The translations under genes were made by a program, and so were the position numbers. The notes beneath the pieces were generated by a model. The model was not told the DNA's origin. It was given only the letters and a program-made list of their open reading frames with translations, and searched no databases. Below, one piece after another: positions 37,005 to 50,240 of a stretch of 64,000 bases of DNA. Each line of letters opens with the position of its first letter. The first letter of the stretch is position 1. Source of the stretch: Chara braunii (lineage: Eukaryota > Plantae > Charophyceae); NCBI GenBank assembly GCA_003427395.1, contig BFEA01000020.1, positions 3,542,439 through 3,606,438 of the forward strand, given 5' to 3'.

Positions 37005-38062
37005 AGAGACTGGGATGCTCCGTAAGTTGGACGATCCGGTCGCATGTTTTTTTTTTTTTTTTTTAATGGAGGATGGGACCCATGAGTTGGGTACTCAGAA
37101 TCCTTACTTTCTTTAATTGTTGAACAAAGTTGGACACATTCTAAGTGTGTGTGCCCAGTTCTGTGTTTATTTCTGAGAGGGAGAAAGACGAGGCTAGTCA
37201 CATCATAAGGTAGTGTGACCAAGTCATGAGCCATGAATATAAGTAAAACCAAAGTATAAAATCTTATATATTTATTTATGTATTATATCATTGGCAGTCT
37301 AGACGCCATAAGGGGGAGATCTAACCATGTAAGCCAGTAGCAGACAAAGCAGAGAAATAAATAAGATCGGAGTATAGGATTGGAGGGTAACTTTGGGCAG
37401 GTTGACTCATCCATAAGTTGGGCAGTCTGGTCTTATGCCCATGATAACATAAGACGCAGATATATAATATAAAACTTGGCTAGTTTTTCTAAACATAATT
37501 TGAGGATTGGTTGAGAATCTCCATAATTTGGAGTGACCTAACCTTTTATCAGAAGAGAGAAGGAAGATGTAATCTTTAATTATTGAATGTAGTTGTATTG
37601 CAAAAGTTGGACGAACACACAAGTTGGGGGTTGTTTGGTCACACGCACATGTTGTATGTTTAGGCAGGTTGGACTACCCATCAGTAAAGTAGCTTGGTTT
37701 TACACTATATGTCCTTATTTGGGCTGGCTAGCGACACCATAAGTTGGTATGTTCTAGTTATATGCCTCTTGTTGTTTGTTCAGACAAAGGTTGGATCCCT
37801 TATAAGCTAAGGTGGTTCAGTTATTTGTGTATGCTGAATGTCTAGGCTGGCTAGCCTCACCATAAGTTGGTACGACCCAGTCATACTCCTTATGTCAATT
37901 GTCTAGGTAGAAACTAGTTACACTATAAGTAGGTGTGGCATGACCCTATGCCTCATGCTTACCTTGTTCTACCAGGCTAGGGCACCACAAGTTGGTGTGG
38001 CCTAGTTATATCATTAACAGGTCATTCACTTCCATAAGTTGGGTTGTCTAATCTTATATCTT
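37005..38062 (+). repeat. Degenerate ~60 bp-period array of stem-loops with a CCATAAGTTGG core
   Basis: About 12 occurrences of (C)CATAAGTTGG-like motifs, regularly spaced between 37670 and 38045. Confidence 0.7.
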
Positions 38063-40491
38063 ATGTAAGAAGGGGTAAAAAAAATAATAACGAGGAACTG
38101 GACGAACTGTGTGATTTGGAAAGGAACTTGAGCGTTGGTGAGAGATGTTATTGTGCTCACTTATGTATGCCTTTGGGGTCTATCTTTGGGACATTGTTTC
38201 GATAGCTCAGTTGCGTTAGATGCTCGCTGGGTGCTTGAGCTATAGGTAGGTAAGATGGATGATGAGAGAGAAGTTTGAAATAAAATATGACTGTCTTTAC
38301 TAGAAGTTAGGACTCATGATAACTTACGATACCATGTTCAAAGAAGGATCGTGTAAACAATCTCTAGTTCTAACTATCAAGTGACTGTCAGAAGTTAGTC
38401 CGAAGTATAATTGTATTTTGTTTTGCATTTTTAGATTTGTATAGATCTTGGTAGTCTCCTTTTACTATAGGAAGCTCTGCCAGCAAATCCGAAAAAAAGT
38501 TGTCATTTTGAATTCACAGAAATTCTAAAAATATAATTTTCCTATGGAAAACGCTATCGAGCGCACGGTTCCCGCAAGAGAGAGGGGACCTTCCCGATCG
38601 CGTTAAGCAGAATTCGGCAGGGCCTTAGTCGTAGAGCGTTGCCGCTTCGGCCAAGTGCGCCAACCATACCTCTCTCGAACCCCTAGAACAGGATAGGGTC
38701 ACGCAAGGTACAACTTACCTCCATCTACGGGAGTTGTCACCATCCCTTAGGTGGGCGTATCCCCGCTGAGTTACCAGTCCACTGTACGAAAACCTTACAT
38801 ACAACCGCAGAGGTGGACCAGTCGAGGGCGTTTTCTCGTACGCTGTAGCATTGGGGGTACGCACGATTTCATGCCTTTATTGGACCCATACGCAAGCCGA
38901 CGCACTGGGGGCTGAAGTCCCAAGTGCAACTCGTCGTCGGTCGACTAGGACGCATCCTTCTCACCACGCCTTACACCACCCCAGAAAAAATATCAGATCA
39001 ATCATACAAAACAAAAACACTCCTAGTCTCTTTAATATCTAACCCATAACCTTCTGATACGGAAATCGGTTAGGTATCGCGTGCATTTCTTAATATAAAA
39101 CTACGCGGATGCAATACTTTTTCATATCGAACCGAGCGGACCCGTCGAAAGCGCGTGTGCTCAAGGTCCTCAACTGCTGCGACAGTCACTCGTGTCCGAC
39201 AATGTAGCAATTGAAACAGGCCCGACAGTCCTGACGTCTATCTCGGAACCGATTACCAAGTCAAAGACAAAAAATAAAAGTCGGAATAAAATAAATAAAT
39301 AAATATAAAATAAAATAATAAAAATACGTATAAATGCGAGGTAACACAAAAAGTAAGGGGACTAGGGGTCGCGCTTCCCGCTAGGTCGCGCATGGTTGCG
39401 CCTTGCCGTCGATACCCCGCTCGCGCCGCTCACCCGATCGAGGACTCAACTCTCACCCAGGAGCTCGTCGTCAACTTCAAGGCCGCACCGACGTAAATTT
39501 CAAAAAGCACGCCAAATACCCTTGTAAGGGTATTTGGTACGACAGTCCTCCTGGACCCTATTAAGCGACGTCCCCGTTGCTTTGGGTGTCCAAACCAAAC
39601 ACCGTTTAAACATAGCCTCAAGGAAACGTATACAGTAACTTTCTAAACATAATCGATTTGACTAAAACGTCATCAAGTTATATCAACTTCAAACCTCAAT
39701 TCCTCAGAACAACTAGGCAAAAGTCACCGGTCAAAAATAGAATTTAATTCTTGATAAAAATAGGAATCTACAATAGCCGAATAGTCGGCTAGGCACTGAC
39801 ATGTTTCAACCTCTAATTCAACAAAGTGGATAAAGTCACTTTTCACCAGCTATAATCACGGACAGGAAGTCACTCAAAGTCATACTTAAGACTTCATTAT
39901 TCCCGGTCCCTTTGAACGATACTTTATCGCGTCGGACCCCTAAATCATTCTATGATAAAAACAAAACCCAACTCAATGATGGGTTTAGAATTAAAGATTT
40001 GAAAACTCACACGATGATCATTCATACTCAACTCATTTACACACCTTTCTTTGAACTCTTCCTCAAGAGAACACCCCATTGTGGGAAAATCAGACATCTC
40101 ATTCTTACGACTAGCCGAAAATGGTTAGCCTGATTGACCTTATCACACATGTCATAGATGTACCTCATGGGTTGAGCCTCGTTAAGCCCAATCTCACAGA
40201 CCATTATCATCACGCACAACCCACTCATTTTTGCCACTCACAAAAGCAGATGGGCAGGGGTATTGTTAAACTTTTAAAATAAATAAATGAAATCCATATT
40301 TTTTTCTCATAAATCTCACTTTTAAAATAGGGTCTTTCACTTCCGTAACACACTTTGTTAATCTCATTCATAAGGTTTGCGTAATGAGTAAGCTCTTATA
40401 ATCTTTCCTCCAAATAGAAACTCAACGTTTTTACTTCTAAAAATTTCACATTTGTTGACAATGTCACTTTCAACATAGACTAAAGCCAAGT

Positions 40492-41215
40492 GGAGGGTCC
40501 CAAAATCATGCGGGTTTCCCTGCCGCAGACGACGCCCCCACCAACTATTAGTCAAAATTTAGTCCTTATAATCATGGAAATTATTGTTGCAGACTAGACC
40601 ACTTGCAACCCATAATAAGTTAAGTGAAGGGTCACAGAATCAGGCGGGTTTCCCTGCCGCAGACGACGCTTTCACCGGCTATTATGTGACTAAGTTAAGT
40701 GGGGATGTCGATTCTGGCGGTTCTTTCCTTACCCTTTGCCGCACACAAAACCATATGTGACTCACAACCAAAGGTCAGTCATGAGGGGTCCCAGAATCAG
40801 GCGGGTTTCCCTACTACAGACGACGCCCTCACCGGCAACTGAGAACCAACAAAATGGAGTTGTCGATTCTGGCGGAGAATAAAAAAAAATCTTACCTTAC
40901 CTTCTGCCACACACAAAATCATATGTGACTCACAACCAAAGGTCAGTCACGAGGGGTCCCAGAATCAGGTGGGTTTCCCTGCCGCAGACGACGCCCCCAC
41001 CGACAGTTCAGAACCAACAGAATGGAGATGCCGATTCTGGCGGAGGATTAAAAAAACTCTTACCTTACCCTCTGCCTCACACAAAACCATATGTGACTCA
41101 CAACCAAAGGCCAGTCATGAGGGGTCCCAAAATAAGGCGGGTTTCTCTGCCGCAGACGACGCCCCCACCAGCAGCTGAGAACCATCAAAATGGAGTTGCA
41201 GATTCTGGCGGAGGA
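40492..41215. repeat. Tandem repeat up to 168 bp; 5 copies of the core
   Basis: GGGTCCCAGAATCAGGCGGGTTTCCCTGCCGCAGACGACGCCCCCACC at ~40494, ~40628, ~40785, ~40953 and ~41121. Confidence 0.93.
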
Positions 41216-42109
41216 TAAAACTCTTAGCAAATCTTTTTTTCCAAAAATAACCACTTAGGCCATCCTCAGGCATAACCTCTCTTTAATTTATAACGCAATA
41301 TAACATTTGGACTCTTTGAATCTCCCAAAAATATCTCACTGATAATCACTCTTTCTTTATTTCATCGAAACCTCTTTCGTTCGGACACACTTTATTCACG
41401 ATTTACCATATTTTTCCTTCACACTGTTAACTTTTCTCTTTCTCGTATATCAATTAGAATAAAACATAGAAAAACCCACAAAGTCACCATGGTGAGAATG
41501 ATAATGACAACAAAGACGCACACGAATCTGCGATCTGATGAGATCAAAACCCTTTCCAAAATGATTCCCAAAAGAAATCTAGAGTATCTCGAGTTTCAAA
41601 TTATTACAAATCTTAAACTAGCACCAATTAAGGTCTCAATCAAACACAAATGATCTTGTAGAGCATATACCCTTACATGCCATAATTGATTGATATACAC
41701 AAAATGATCCCAAGTGTTATCGTAGAGGTGATTGAGCATTAAACATACGGACAACCTATCCATAGTAGCTCTCCACCGGTATCCTACGAAAACTGAAACA
41801 AAGTTTAGAGAGTGGATAGTTAGATCAGTTCGTACGCATAATCCCAAATGACCTACACTTGAAATCAGAATTTATATACAAGGTGAATCTCTTATATCAT
41901 CGGAAAGCTTATAGGCTCAGTCTTAATGATAATGCAAAATAGAAAATCGCCTATAAGTCTAGCAAGTAAGGTTTCCGTATCGTCATAACACTCGAAATGT
42001 CTATCTACAAGTCGTCTTAAAGTTACTGACGCGATTCTACTTTTTTCTTACCATAGATGAGATAAGTGAGAAGATGATAACTATTAAGAGAAAAATTGAC
42101 CTTTATCTA

Positions 42110-43110
42110 TGGCAAACGGTTTTCTGTTTTGAGTCTATCTTTCGCTCTCTTGCATTTGCGAGGAGTATAACCGACTTTCCCACAACAACCACATACAATC
42201 TTCGACCATTGTTCTCGCCGCCTGCTATTCTTTCGCCCTGTCCAACTTGCAGTTGACGATGCCTCCTTGTTATCACACTCCTTTTTAGTATCCGATGGAA
42301 CAGGAGGTAGGGCTATACCAATTTCTTTGTGGCTCACTTACTTTTCTTTCCTTTTCCTGCTTGAGACGTCAATCGTCCTTTCACAGGTATGAGATGCGAC
42401 ATTCCTCACTCTAGTTTGCACCTCCTTTCTCTCAACACGTAACTCCTCTTTCTTTTCTTCACCCCACTTATGATTTCGCTCGGTCACCTTATTGTCTTTC
42501 TGAAGTTCACTTTTCATACCCTCAAAGGTATCAACCGCAAAAACACTTGTCATTCTACAATGCTCACTCTTCTCACAATTTTGTGACTCTTTTCTTTTTC
42601 GTGCTTCATGCAAAGTATGACAAAGGTGTTGATTGAAATCCCCTTGTACAAAATTATCTCGGATTTTGACTCATATGAGTCTTCCTTCTGTCCCACGAAT
42701 TAGATTTCGTTGCTCTGTATGCGTGAAATTCATAAGGAAAACAAAGCACTTGTCATATTCAGACAATGCCCAGACTTTGCGAGAAACACGTTGATACTCT
42801 GATAAAAATTGTCCCACTAACACATAACGGAACCGATCTATCTTCTCAAGATCGTCCTTGGTCAGTTTTTCCTCACCTAGCCGGTATGTTTCTCACATGA
42901 CATTATGAAACTCACTCCATGATAATCTCACTTTTCTAATTAACCCATTGACTTCCTCCTTCAAGTCTATGTGGATATACTTTCTAACCTCTTCTAGCAT
43001 CCGTTCCTCATTCCACTTGCTGTAGGACGCTATTTGCCCTAACTTATCAATAAAGTCGGAAACACGATAGCCCTGAAGAACTTGATATCATGGGTAGGTT
43101 GTCTCGCCCC
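42110..43110 (-). pseudogene. Retrotransposon gag remnant with zinc knuckle
   Basis: Minus strand YRVSDFIDKLGQIASYSKWNEERMLEEVRKYI...LSWSEFHNVM*ETYRLGEEKLTKDDLEK...FLSEYQRVSRKV...DKCFVFLMNF; CGCCGKVGYTPRKC is a CX2CX4HX4C with H>Y. Confidence 0.8.
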
Positions 43111-45521
43111 CAATCTCGCAGATCCAACAGATACGGGAGTTTCTCGAACCCAATCATCTCTTGCGAACCTTCCATCTCGAGCTCCCTCGACCCCATCACC
43201 TATTGAACAAACAACGAGTGGTCTTAGGACCGAGACTCGAAAGAAGTTACGCAACTAAGTCAAATATAGAATATATCCCACTAAAAATTATCCCAACACT
43301 CATCATATGAGCACGTATGAGAACCTATTCAGAATAATGGTTATGCCGAAGAGAGTTTTTTAAACAAATATCCACCTAAAATAAAATACAATATTCACTT
43401 GATAAAACATTCACATCAGAACTCATACATTAGTCAATTATCACTTCTATTATCAAGGAGGGATATGACATTTATATGTTACATAGGTGGATACTCCAAA
43501 CATGAATCCAAAATGCAGTACAACCCAAGATAGATAACATATACCCACAATAATAATTCACAACTGATAATCAAAACTTGTTTGTTAGAGTTGTAGCTGA
43601 AAAATACAGTATACCTTAGAAACAATAGTATGAATTTGACTCAACCACCTGCCATGCAACAAGATAACTCTCAGAACATAGTGCAAAAATTCTATAGGGC
43701 CAGAATAAGACTAACAATGAGTAAATAACATGATACAACTGCTACTCCTTCAACATTAAGTGAAGCATATAAAGCAGAGAGACGCTGTAATCCTCATGAG
43801 ATAACATCTTGACTCCTGAGCCCCACTATAAAGATCAAGCCTCACCACAACCCTCTCTGATTTCAACTTTTGCACCTTAGTAAACCTATCAAGGTTAGCA
43901 AGACAACCCCACTCATACCTATTAAGACAACAGGTGATGATCCTGCACATCTCTAATATGGTGGCCCTTCCTAGCGAGAGTCTGACCTAAGTCGTCACTC
44001 TAGACTCACCCTTGCTAAGCAGTAGTTGCCCAACTTTGCCATCACGGTTTAAGCAAGGGAACAAACTTTTTCGTCCTCTTTTACATAATAATGTAGTTAC
44101 TTTCTTATTTAAAGAAAAAATAACAACACCCCACAATGGACCAGGAGTACACACAGTCCGGCGTGAGTCCAACTATCATTCTCAAGACTTATAACTGTTT
44201 TCTTAAGCATCAACGAGGGAATAACAATTCAAAAGTGCACTTCCACTGAGGACAAATTATACACTTTGACTGACTTCCTTCATGAAGAATCACCTTCCAC
44301 AGAAACAAGTCACCCCATTCACCTCTGGCCCCATGCAAGACATGGGTTTCATGCAAAGTCTATGTCCCCTTGGAAGACAATCCATACATATGCCATCGAT
44401 CAGGCATCCAACATAATATGATAAAAGACACAGACATAGAGACAACCAAAACAAAATTGCCGTAAAAAACGATATATATATATACTACATATATTTAACA
44501 TAAACCTCTCTTCGGATTAGCCAGACCTCTAGCCAAGTAACCACATACTTCGCAAGTTTATCGATAGTTACAGCCACGCAATCCATAAGTGACTCAACCT
44601 AGCATCGATTAACACCTCCGAGGAGTCTAGGCACAATACTCATCACAATACCTATCGTTCCGTAACTCAGTCTTAGCTCAAGGAAATATCTTTACTATTA
44701 AGCCTCTCACTTTGCGTTCACCAGTCACTCCATCATCTATATCACTCGCGCACAAGAAACCTCCTCTAGGGCAAGGCTCTACTGACTAGGGGAGGACACC
44801 TCAGTTTAACTTAATTACCTCTCAAAGCAGGCTTAGCACAACACTCACATAATGAGTCAACTAGCCATTCGCGCATTAGCAATTATTATTGAAGTTTATT
44901 TCTGCAATGGACACACCCAACAAAGTTGATGCTGCCACACTCAACCTAAGCCGTATCATATATGCAAAACATCGATCAATCATCTTAAAATACTCAAAAT
45001 AAGAATATGCTCGTTGAAGTCGTTATCGTAAGTACTAAGGTACGCAATGCATCACCGAACACTTAATTTCTCAATCCACACATGTTTATAATCATCATCA
45101 TCAATAAAAACACTCATATATTGTCGTCTTGCCTAGATCATCCGCCTGCCATTAACCTGGGTCCATTTACTAAGGACCCCGATAGGCAGCCGAGATCCCC
45201 GGCAACTGCGCCACCTGTCGAGCGCACGGTCCCCGCAAGAGAGAGGGGACCTTCCCGACCTCGTTAAGCAGAATTCGGCAGGACCTTAGTCGTAGAGCGT
45301 TGCCGCTCCGGTCAAGTGCGCCAACCATACGTCTCGCGAACCCCTACGACAGGATAGGGCCACGCAAGGTACAACTTACCTCCATCTAATCTAGGGAAAT
45401 TTCGGCAACGCTTCCCGTAGGAAAAGTCCCTTTTCAGAATTTGTACGAGGCTAAATATAAAATTCAAAAATAACTCTGACTTAACAAAGTCAAATTTTGT
45501 CCAATTAGGAGGGCTATGATA

Positions 45522-47010
45522 CTCTCGGCTGCGGCATTCTTCGTTCTGTGGTTCCCGCTGTCAATCTGCCTGTTGGGCAAAGAGGCGTATTCAGATATCT
45601 AGAGAGTAGCAACTAGATTCTTGTGGAAGTCAGAGATGGAGGAGGACCAAAGGTTTCTTTCCAAGGTTGCTTGAGAAACAATTTGCTTTCCTCAGAATGA
45701 GGGAGGACTGGGAATCCTGGACCCCCAAATTCAAAATGTTGTCCTCTTAACCAAGTAAGTCTTCAAAGCATTGTTTGAAGACCCCTCGAAGTTGTGGGTT
45801 CAGATTGCAGAATATATACTAGCCAAAGAATGAGACTTGAGTAATGAAACCGATGTGTGGCAATGTGTACTAATCCCCTCTTACTTGAACAGAAGGCTCA
45901 TCCTGCGAGTTTGGAAGACACTGCAGCCGGAGGTGGCACGCCCGCCAGAAACGAAGAAAGAGATTGAAGTCCAATGTGTCTTTGAGAACCCCCTAATCTG
46001 CTCCTCGAATAGCTCAGTCTTTTCAGCAACCGAGGGGGCGGGCAACTTTGGCAAGACATGGATAGAGAAGGGTGTATTTCTCATCAGACACTTGTGGGAC
46101 GAAGTAAGGGAGAACTGGCTCACGGATGACCAGCTACGCGAGAAACTCCCTCGCTGCCGCTCGGTGTCACAGAACAGGGCTAGATTAATTGCTGCAATCC
46201 CCCACCAGTGCTCGAATTTATTACGCAGGGAGGCGGAGCACGCAGCGGGCATGTGGTTGAGGGCCCAAGATGAGGTATCGAGAATTTGGAGAATACAAGG
46301 ACCAGATTTGAGAGGGGGTTGGAGGGTGGAAGAATGGAGAGAGGGACCAAGAACAGGAAAAGGGATTAAGTTGATTAGACTGAAAGACAAAACTGTGCCT
46401 TCATCCATTGCCCTTCAAGAAGTACGAGTGCTAGCTCAGCAACACCAGCATCTGCTCTTGGGTGATGCGGACAGCTTCCGAGTAGAACCCCTGCTGAAAG
46501 GCTGGAGGAAAGGGTCAGGGGACTCGGAGGACTGGACACCATTATGTCACTACAGCCCGAAGATAGGCAGAGAGGCTATTCCTCGTAATGTGGAAATCAC
46601 CCCGGTGGACAAGGCAATGAGGAGATTCAGACAAGTGAAGGGATCTCTGGCCCAAGCTCCAAACTGGCCCGCCATGTGGAAAGCGATCACCTCTTAGAGA
46701 AATGCAAGCTTAATGTGGACTCAAAGTTTACAGGTGGTCCCCACGACCGTCTAGCTTTCCTCCAGAGGGATGGATATTCCTGTTGAATGTACTAGATGTA
46801 AGTGGGGTTGGGAGTCAAATTCCCACTTATGGATCTTCTGCCCATTGGCCGATGCCACCTGGCAATGGTGGACAACATTGTGGAACGAGATAACACAGGG
46901 AAGCTTTTTCTGGTCTGATGACTGGATATTGTATGGCACACTTCCGGCCCCCACCTTCAATTATTTGGAGGGATGGGGTTATGTAGCTTTGGTTTGTAGC
47001 TCACTTTTCG
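45522..47010 (+). mobile_element. 5'-truncated, decayed L1-type LINE ORF2 (post-RT region and zf-RVT)
   Basis: ATRFLWKS...KVA*ETICFPQNEGGLGILD; ORF 45837-46697; CTRCKWGWESNSHLWIFCPLA; same family as 52186-56028. Confidence 0.9.
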
Positions 47011-48758
47011 CAATACATATTGAGGTCCCCGGCCTCGTCCCAATGTTTTTGGGATACATATTGAAGTTTTCCAAAAACAAAAAAATAAAATAAAAAAATA
47101 AATAAAAAATCGAATAGAAAAGTGTCAAATCCATTGATCGGTTGAGTATCTGATACTGGTTGATTGTTTCGTCGGGCGATACGTTGGAGTTGAGCGAAGG
47201 GAACAGGGACGGGAATAGAAGATGCAGGCGACCAAGATGATCGCGCCCCCGCATAACTTCGGCAGTGAGAGTACATCCAAAGACCATGCGCGGCAAGCGG
47301 ATATGAGAGGGCTGGCGAGGGTGGGGGTGGAGTCCGTGAGGGCTGCCGGTAGTCTTGTGACACGTGGCGTGGACGCTGCCACCGCCTTTTGCAAACTGTC
47401 CACCTGTATTCTTTCTGTGTCGATTCTAAATTTACGTTCTTCCCGCTTCAGTTCATGCATAAACACTGTCATTTAGTTATTTTGTTGTTAACCATTTCTT
47501 GATTTATGTGTGTTATGTTCCGAAGGTGAAACACAGTCGTCTGGAGTCCTCTCGTCCTCTTGTTGTTCTTTTTTGCAGCGTCTGTTTTTCTCCTTTCTGG
47601 AAGGACCTCAGGGTGCTGGAGTCGAGGCCCAGCTTGCAGCCACATGGCATTCCCCTGGTTTCAAGTCTCTCGTAACCTTGTCCCTAGAGTCGATTTCCTT
47701 CTTCAACGTGTGTCCTGGTGTGTGATCAAAGGGAGGTGCGCCTGTGCGGGGTATGGTACGCCCATATAACTCTTGATAAACAGGCCTGAGTTCAATCCCC
47801 GGTGGAGTAGAATAACTCTGAATTACCTGGGGCCGGTCAGCTCGATGGTGCCTCAAGGCCGTCGTCCTTCTTCAAAAAATACCGATGGGTAATACAGAAA
47901 GAAAAGGAAAATGGAGAGGGATAGGAGGGGGATATGTTTGTCGCTCGGTCGGAGGATGTAGGCGACTGCGAAAGGGTAGGGAGAACAGGCGTAAGTGGAG
48001 AGGAAATTGACTGACATCTCACTTACCTGGCTTCTTCGCTCTCCCTCTCCCTCCCTCTTTCTCTTGCCCCCTCTTCCCTCCCTTTCTTCCTCCACCTCCC
48101 GTTCTTTCTGCCATTGTTTGTTTTCTTGTTACCGTGCTCCCGAGTACGTAGATACTCCCATCGACGGTAGTCTGTTCCTTCTGCTGCTTCATTTCTCTCT
48201 CTCCCCTCGTCTTCTTCTCAAGTCCTCTTCCTCTCTCTCCTTTCGTCTCCCCCTTTCTCTGTTCCCTGTCGTTTCGTCTTTTCTCTCTATCCCCGTGTCT
48301 CTCTCCCCCTCTGTTTCTCCCTCTTCCTTGCTTTCCCTCTATCCTTTCTTTCTTTCTTTCTTTCTCTCTCTCCGTTTCTCCGCCATTTCACTCCCCCGCT
48401 TTCCCTGCGTCTCTCCCCCTCTTCCCCGATGTGTTCCTTTTTTCTTTCCCATGTCTCTCACCGCCTCCCTCCCTCCTGTTCTCTCTCCCTCCCTCTCTCC
48501 CTCTCCTTCCTTCTTCCCGTGCTTTCGATGTCTTCGTTTCTCTTCCTTTTCTACCCCTTCTTTCTCCCCTTGTCTCTCCTTCTCTCTCTCTCCCCTCTCT
48601 TTCTCCCTCCTCTCTTCCTCACATCCGCCCTCACCTTCGTCAATTTCTTCTCTCCTCCTCCCCGTGTTCCTTTGTCATGTTGACGTCATTCCTCAAATGT
48701 TCTGCCGTATTTTGTTTGTCTGCTCTCCCTCTTCTCACTTCGCAAGTTGAATTCTCTC

Positions 48759-48814
<56 letters not shown>

Positions 48815-49058
48815 GGGTCTCGGCAAATGTGAGCGGTATGGTCTGCATAGCTAAATCAGTTGAATGCACCTTTTAAAGACTGTTAGGACGTTCGACGTAA
48901 TTTGTTTGTCTGCTCTCCCTCTTATCGCTTCGCAAGTTGAATTCTCTGGTAATGCTTCGTAGGCGTTGCGGTAGAGGAGGGAGAATGTGGATTGGGGAAG
49001 GGAAAGTGTTGATCATCTCCGGCGTAGAAAGATAATGGCAGACATGTAGACAAGGGCG

Positions 49059-49138
<80 letters not shown>

Positions 49139-50061
49139 ATGCAAATGCACATAATGAACCATAAAAAAACAGGCAAACAGAAACAAGGTACATGGTAGTC
49201 GAAGCCCTCTTTTCTGTGGAAGCGAGGCTGTAAAACATGTTCTTTCGCAACGATGAAGGCGATGATTGAGGTCGTGCAGAGGTAAGGAAAGCGCCNGGTG
49301 GGTGGGCTGTGTATCGGACTAATTAATTCTATGAGTTTCTTCTCGAAAATGACGAAAACCAATATGATGGTTTNCTGTCTTAGATGACGAAGAGAGAAAC
49401 AAATACATAATNAACGAACGCAAAGGTACATGGAAAACATGTTAGCAATGCCTAGCGATGTCCAGACGAAACTTACAAAAACACTGGCAAAAGTGGAAAA
49501 TTTGAAGTTACGTGATAACAAAATTGAAAGAGGGAAAAGTCATCACACTGGAAGTGGAATTAAAAAAGTCGGACAAAAAAGGCATTTTCCTCCGGATCGA
49601 GTTATTACAGTAACATTCCTATTACACCGGCCGCTGTTGGCGGCTAGCCCATTTTGCGAGTGCAAGTCAAAAGCGGCAAGGCGCCCACTTGTAACAGCTA
49701 GGCCACACTTATCCTACCAGGGTAGGAACTTTTTGATGGAATCTGGCCGTAATTACTATTCGAAAAAAAGTACTACCTGTTTAGTAACTCTGTTTTGATG
49801 GGTGATGTTGATCCCTTTCCCCTACGGAAGCTGTGCTTAAGACAACTTGTTCTTTGTTTCATTCCGTTTTTTCGTTTTTTGTGCCGAACATGTTGTGTTG
49901 ATGGCTTCAACCTTCTTCTCCATCTGCCCATCTGCGTGTGAGACTATTTCCAAGAAAGGACACTTGTAAAATTCTGCTGCAAGCTATGTACTGAGGCCAT
50001 TATTGGTTTGGTCTATTTCCCCTTTTCTGCGGCATTGGTGTTGGTGCTAAGATGGCGTTCG

Positions 50062-50119
<58 letters not shown>

Positions 50120-50135
50120 ATGAGACTACTTTCAG

Positions 50136-50240
50136 GAAGGAACAGTTCAGCTCTTTGTGAAGACATTGTGTGGTGATAAAACAATCGCCGTAGATGTGGA
50201 GAGAAGTAGCACCGTAAGCAATGTGAAGGCCAAGATTCAG
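50136..50240 (+). CDS. RUB1: Exon of ubiquitin-RUB/NEDD8 fusion gene (divergent ubiquitin residues ~1-31)
   Basis: tttcag|EGTVQLFVKTLCGDKTIAVDVERSSTVSNVKAKIQ|gtacgt; 105 nt, phase 0; in-frame TGA at 50121, so an upstream exon is required. Confidence 0.8.

Larger units (their letters stand above)
38557..45388 (-). mobile_element. Non-autonomous Ty3/gypsy-type retroelement (gag plus possible protease; no RT, RNase H or integrase seen), circularly permuted with a ~170 bp terminal redundancy
   Basis: gag remnant; PBS-like site at 39417-39401; direct repeat 38557-38727 matches 45218-45388. Confidence 0.65.
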
